DNA of 40,000 bases from an uncultured Flammeovirgaceae bacterium. GTDB lineage: Bacteria > Bacteroidota > Bacteroidia > Cytophagales > Cyclobacteriaceae. Below the pieces are notes generated by a model that had not been told where the DNA came from, did no database searches, and worked only from the letters and a program-made list of their open reading frames with translations. Both the position numbers and the translations under genes were made by a program. The stretch's first letter is position 1. Every line of letters begins with the position of its first letter. This document shows, in pieces, positions 37,791 to 40,000 of the stretch. The stretch spans positions 23,633 through 63,632 of the forward strand of contig CAJXAT010000002.1 in the NCBI GenBank assembly GCA_913050055.1, in the 5' to 3' direction.

Positions 37791-38892
37791 AACTGTTTAC
37801 CTTCCCATTTTCTATTTCAAATATTTTAGCATTATAATTGTCCTTCAAAAGCAAAGATGTCCTTTCTTTTCGAGCATCTGTGATAAATACTTGACCAAAT
37901 CTTACCGAATCGCTTAATAAATCTGTGAGCCTCTCAATACGCTCATCATCTAGTTTATCAAAAACATCATCCAAAAGTAACATCGGCTTTGTCTTCGTCG
38001 CTTTAGCCAAATAATCATATTGCGAAAGTCTTAAGGCAATTAGAAAACTTTTTTGTTGACCTTGAGATCCAAACTTTTTTAAAGGCTGCCCATCCATCAA
38101 AAAGGAATAATCATCCTTGTGTGAACCTACATTTGTACGTTGGCTTACAAGATCTTTCTTTCGACTTTCTAAAAAAGTACGCTCAAAATCCATTGCCAAT
38201 ACTTGAGATTGGTAAGTCATTGAACAGGTTTCGCGTTCAAAAACAATCAGCCCTTCATTGGCGCTCAAAAATGGAATGAACTTATTAACAAAATCTGAAC
38301 GTACCTGGCTCAAGCTTTTGGACAACGTAATTAATTGGGTATCATAAGTGTCCAAAAGAGAACTATTGGAGCCATTTAAATGACCCTCCATGCTCCTCAG
38401 CAATGTGTTTCTTTGACTCAAAATCCTATTATATACCATTAAATCAGCTAAATATTCTTGATTGTATTGGGCAATACAACCATCTATCCACTTTCTGCGA
38501 ACCTCGCTGGTTTCCCGTATCAAATCGCTATCATAGGGGGTGCTCAGTACTAAAGGTAATTTGCCAATGTGTTCAATGATCCTCTTGTAGGAAGACCCAT
38601 TGAGTTTGATTACCTTTTTTTTCCTCAAATCATGGTAACAAATCACTTCATGGTATTTTCCGTCATTTTCAAAATTCCCTTTTACAAGAAAATACAAGGC
38701 TCCTTTTCTAATATTCTGATTGTCTGTATTTACAAAAGCGGTCTTCGTGAAGGTCAAATAATGTAAGGCATCTAATAAATTCGTTTTCCCCATACCATTC
38801 TGACCGAGGAATAACTGAATCCCCTCAGAAAATTCCAAGGCCAAATTTTCGTAATTCTTAAAATTTTGAAGTGCAAGTGCTTTGATTTTCAT
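37780..38892 (-). CDS. recF: DNA replication/repair protein RecF
   Basis: LALQNFKNYENLALEFSEGIQLFLGQNGMGKTNLLDALHYLTF, SQGQQKSFLIALRLSQ, PMLLLDDVFDKLDDERI. Confidence 0.95.
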   Translation of the reverse strand: MKIKALALQNFKNYENLALEFSEGIQLFLGQNGMGKTNLLDALHYLTFTKTAFVNTDNQNIRKGALYFLVKGNFENDGKYHEVICYHDLRKKKVIKLNGSSYKRIIEHIGKLPLVLSTPYDSDLIRETSEVRRKWIDGCIAQYNQEYLADLMVYNRILSQRNTLLRSMEGHLNGSNSSLLDTYDTQLITLSKSLSQVRSDFVNKFIPFLSANEGLIVFERETCSMTYQSQVLAMDFERTFLESRKKDLVSQRTNVGSHKDDYSFLMDGQPLKKFGSQGQQKSFLIALRLSQYDYLAKATKTKPMLLLDDVFDKLDDERIERLTDLLSDSVRFGQVFITDARKERTSLLLKDNYNAKIFEIENGKVNSYET

Positions 38893-38897
38893 TAAAT

Positions 38898-38927
38898 TTG
38901 AGGAACAGTATATTTTAATTATTTTTG
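38898..38927 (+). promoter_or_regulatory. Bacteroidota-type promoter for pdhA (TTG-N19-TATTTTTG)
   Basis: -33 TTG at 38898-38900 and -7 TATTTTTG at 38920-38927, correctly spaced; 56 nt before the ATG. Confidence 0.55.
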
Positions 38928-38983
38928 CCCTCCTTAAATTGTTTAGGGCAAATTAAAGAATTTTACATAAGAGCGCAGGAGGT

Positions 38984-40000
38984 ATGGCAGCGAAAACAAA
39001 AAAAAATAAAAAAGTAGGCTTTTCTAAAGAAACTTACTTGAGTTGGTATGAACAAATGTTATTCATGCGAAGATTTGAAGAAAAGGCGGGACAATTGTAC
39101 GGCCAACAAAAAATAAGAGGATTTTGCCACCTGTACATTGGCCAGGAGGCCTGTGCAGCAGGTTCAGTTTCTGCGCTTATCAAAGGGGATAAATACATTA
39201 CTTCTTACCGAGATCATGCTCACCCTATAGCCTTGGGGACGGATCCAAAATACATCATGGCAGAATTATTCGGTAAGTCAACTGGTGTCTCAAAGGGAAA
39301 AGGTGGATCGATGCACATGTTTGACAAGGAAGTCGGTTTTGTAGGCGGGCACGGAATTGTAGGAGGTCAAATTCCCTTGGGCGCAGGCCTTGGTTTCGCA
39401 GAAAAATATAAGGGTACGGGTAATTTGTGCATCTGCTATATGGGAGATGGAGCCGTAAGACAGGGGGCTTTTCACGAAGCATTAAATCTTGCCATGACAC
39501 AAAAAACTCCTGTTATTTTCGTTATCGAAAATAATGGATATGCGATGGGAACTTCTGTGGAAAGAACCTCCAATGTCACCGAACTTCATCAGTTGGGGGA
39601 AGCTTATGAAATCCCTTCTGCCGCAGTCGATGCCATGAGTGTTGAGGCGGTACACAATGCAGTTACAGAAGCGGCTTCACGCGCGCGTCGAGGTGATGGG
39701 CCCACCTTACTTGAATTCAGAACCTACAGATACAAAGGTCATTCTATGTCAGATCCAGCCAAGTATAGAACCAAAGAAGAAGTAGCTACTTACAAAGACC
39801 GTGACCCTATCGAACAAATAAAAAATGTGATATTAAATAAAAAATATGCGACTGAGAAAGTTCTCAAAGAAATGGACGTAAAACTAAAGGCGCGTGTGGC
39901 AGAAGCCGTTATTTTTGCCGAAGAATCTCCCTACCCTGATCCTTCAGATGCCTATCAAGACGTTTATGCAGAAAAGGATTATCCTTTTGTATTGGAGTAA
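38984..40000 (+). CDS. pdhA: Pyruvate dehydrogenase E1 component subunit alpha
   Basis: YEQMLFMRRFEEKAGQLYGQQKIRGFCHLYIGQEA, GGSMHMF, YMGDGAVRQGAFHEALNLAMTQKTPVIFVIENNGYAMGTS; AGGAGG-like RBS; stop is the last codon of the window. Confidence 0.95.
   Translation: MAAKTKKNKKVGFSKETYLSWYEQMLFMRRFEEKAGQLYGQQKIRGFCHLYIGQEACAAGSVSALIKGDKYITSYRDHAHPIALGTDPKYIMAELFGKSTGVSKGKGGSMHMFDKEVGFVGGHGIVGGQIPLGAGLGFAEKYKGTGNLCICYMGDGAVRQGAFHEALNLAMTQKTPVIFVIENNGYAMGTSVERTSNVTELHQLGEAYEIPSAAVDAMSVEAVHNAVTEAASRARRGDGPTLLEFRTYRYKGHSMSDPAKYRTKEEVATYKDRDPIEQIKNVILNKKYATEKVLKEMDVKLKARVAEAVIFAEESPYPDPSDAYQDVYAEKDYPFVLE

Noticed and set aside
1-40000. CRISPR arrays, tRNA/rRNA genes, transposases, integrases, toxin-antitoxin or defence systems
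   Set aside because: No regularly spaced repeats, no cloverleaf-like or rRNA-like sequence, and no such protein signatures were seen in any listed ORF.

Overview
This 40 kb window is a gene-dense chromosomal segment from a Bacteroidota-like genome. The lineage call rests on DUF6452/DUF6048, DUF4249 plus TonB receptor, the GlmU-like family, YtxJ/YpdA/BshC and TAnnTTTG-type -7 boxes. I see no tRNA, rRNA, CRISPR, prophage or IS element. Most content is housekeeping: dsbD, M23 peptidase, RidA, rmlD-like, PPIase, hemC, holB, rpmE2, an MsbA-like ABC exporter, gmhA, lipA, ispF, mnmD, an E1 alpha/beta fusion, rimO, recF, a DciA-like protein and pdhA. The strongest observations are: (1) comM/yifB is a multiply-lesioned pseudogene, with an ATA in place of the start, an exact 7-bp tandem duplication causing a frameshift, and a TAG in the Walker B motif; (2) mnmD is cut by an in-frame TGA exactly in its conserved GKREM motif; (3) a bacillithiol gene set (bshC, 5-FTHF cyclo-ligase, ypdA, plus distal ytxJ next to osmC); (4) an ORF-poor ~0.9 kb region between the TonB receptor and ypdA carries two diverged copies of a short membrane-protein-like fragment, one with a homopolymer change; (5) a translationally coupled trio of ceramidase-like, D-threonine-aldolase-like and GH3 genes; (6) several nested inverted repeats between operons. 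I found no convincing entirely new defence or mobile system.
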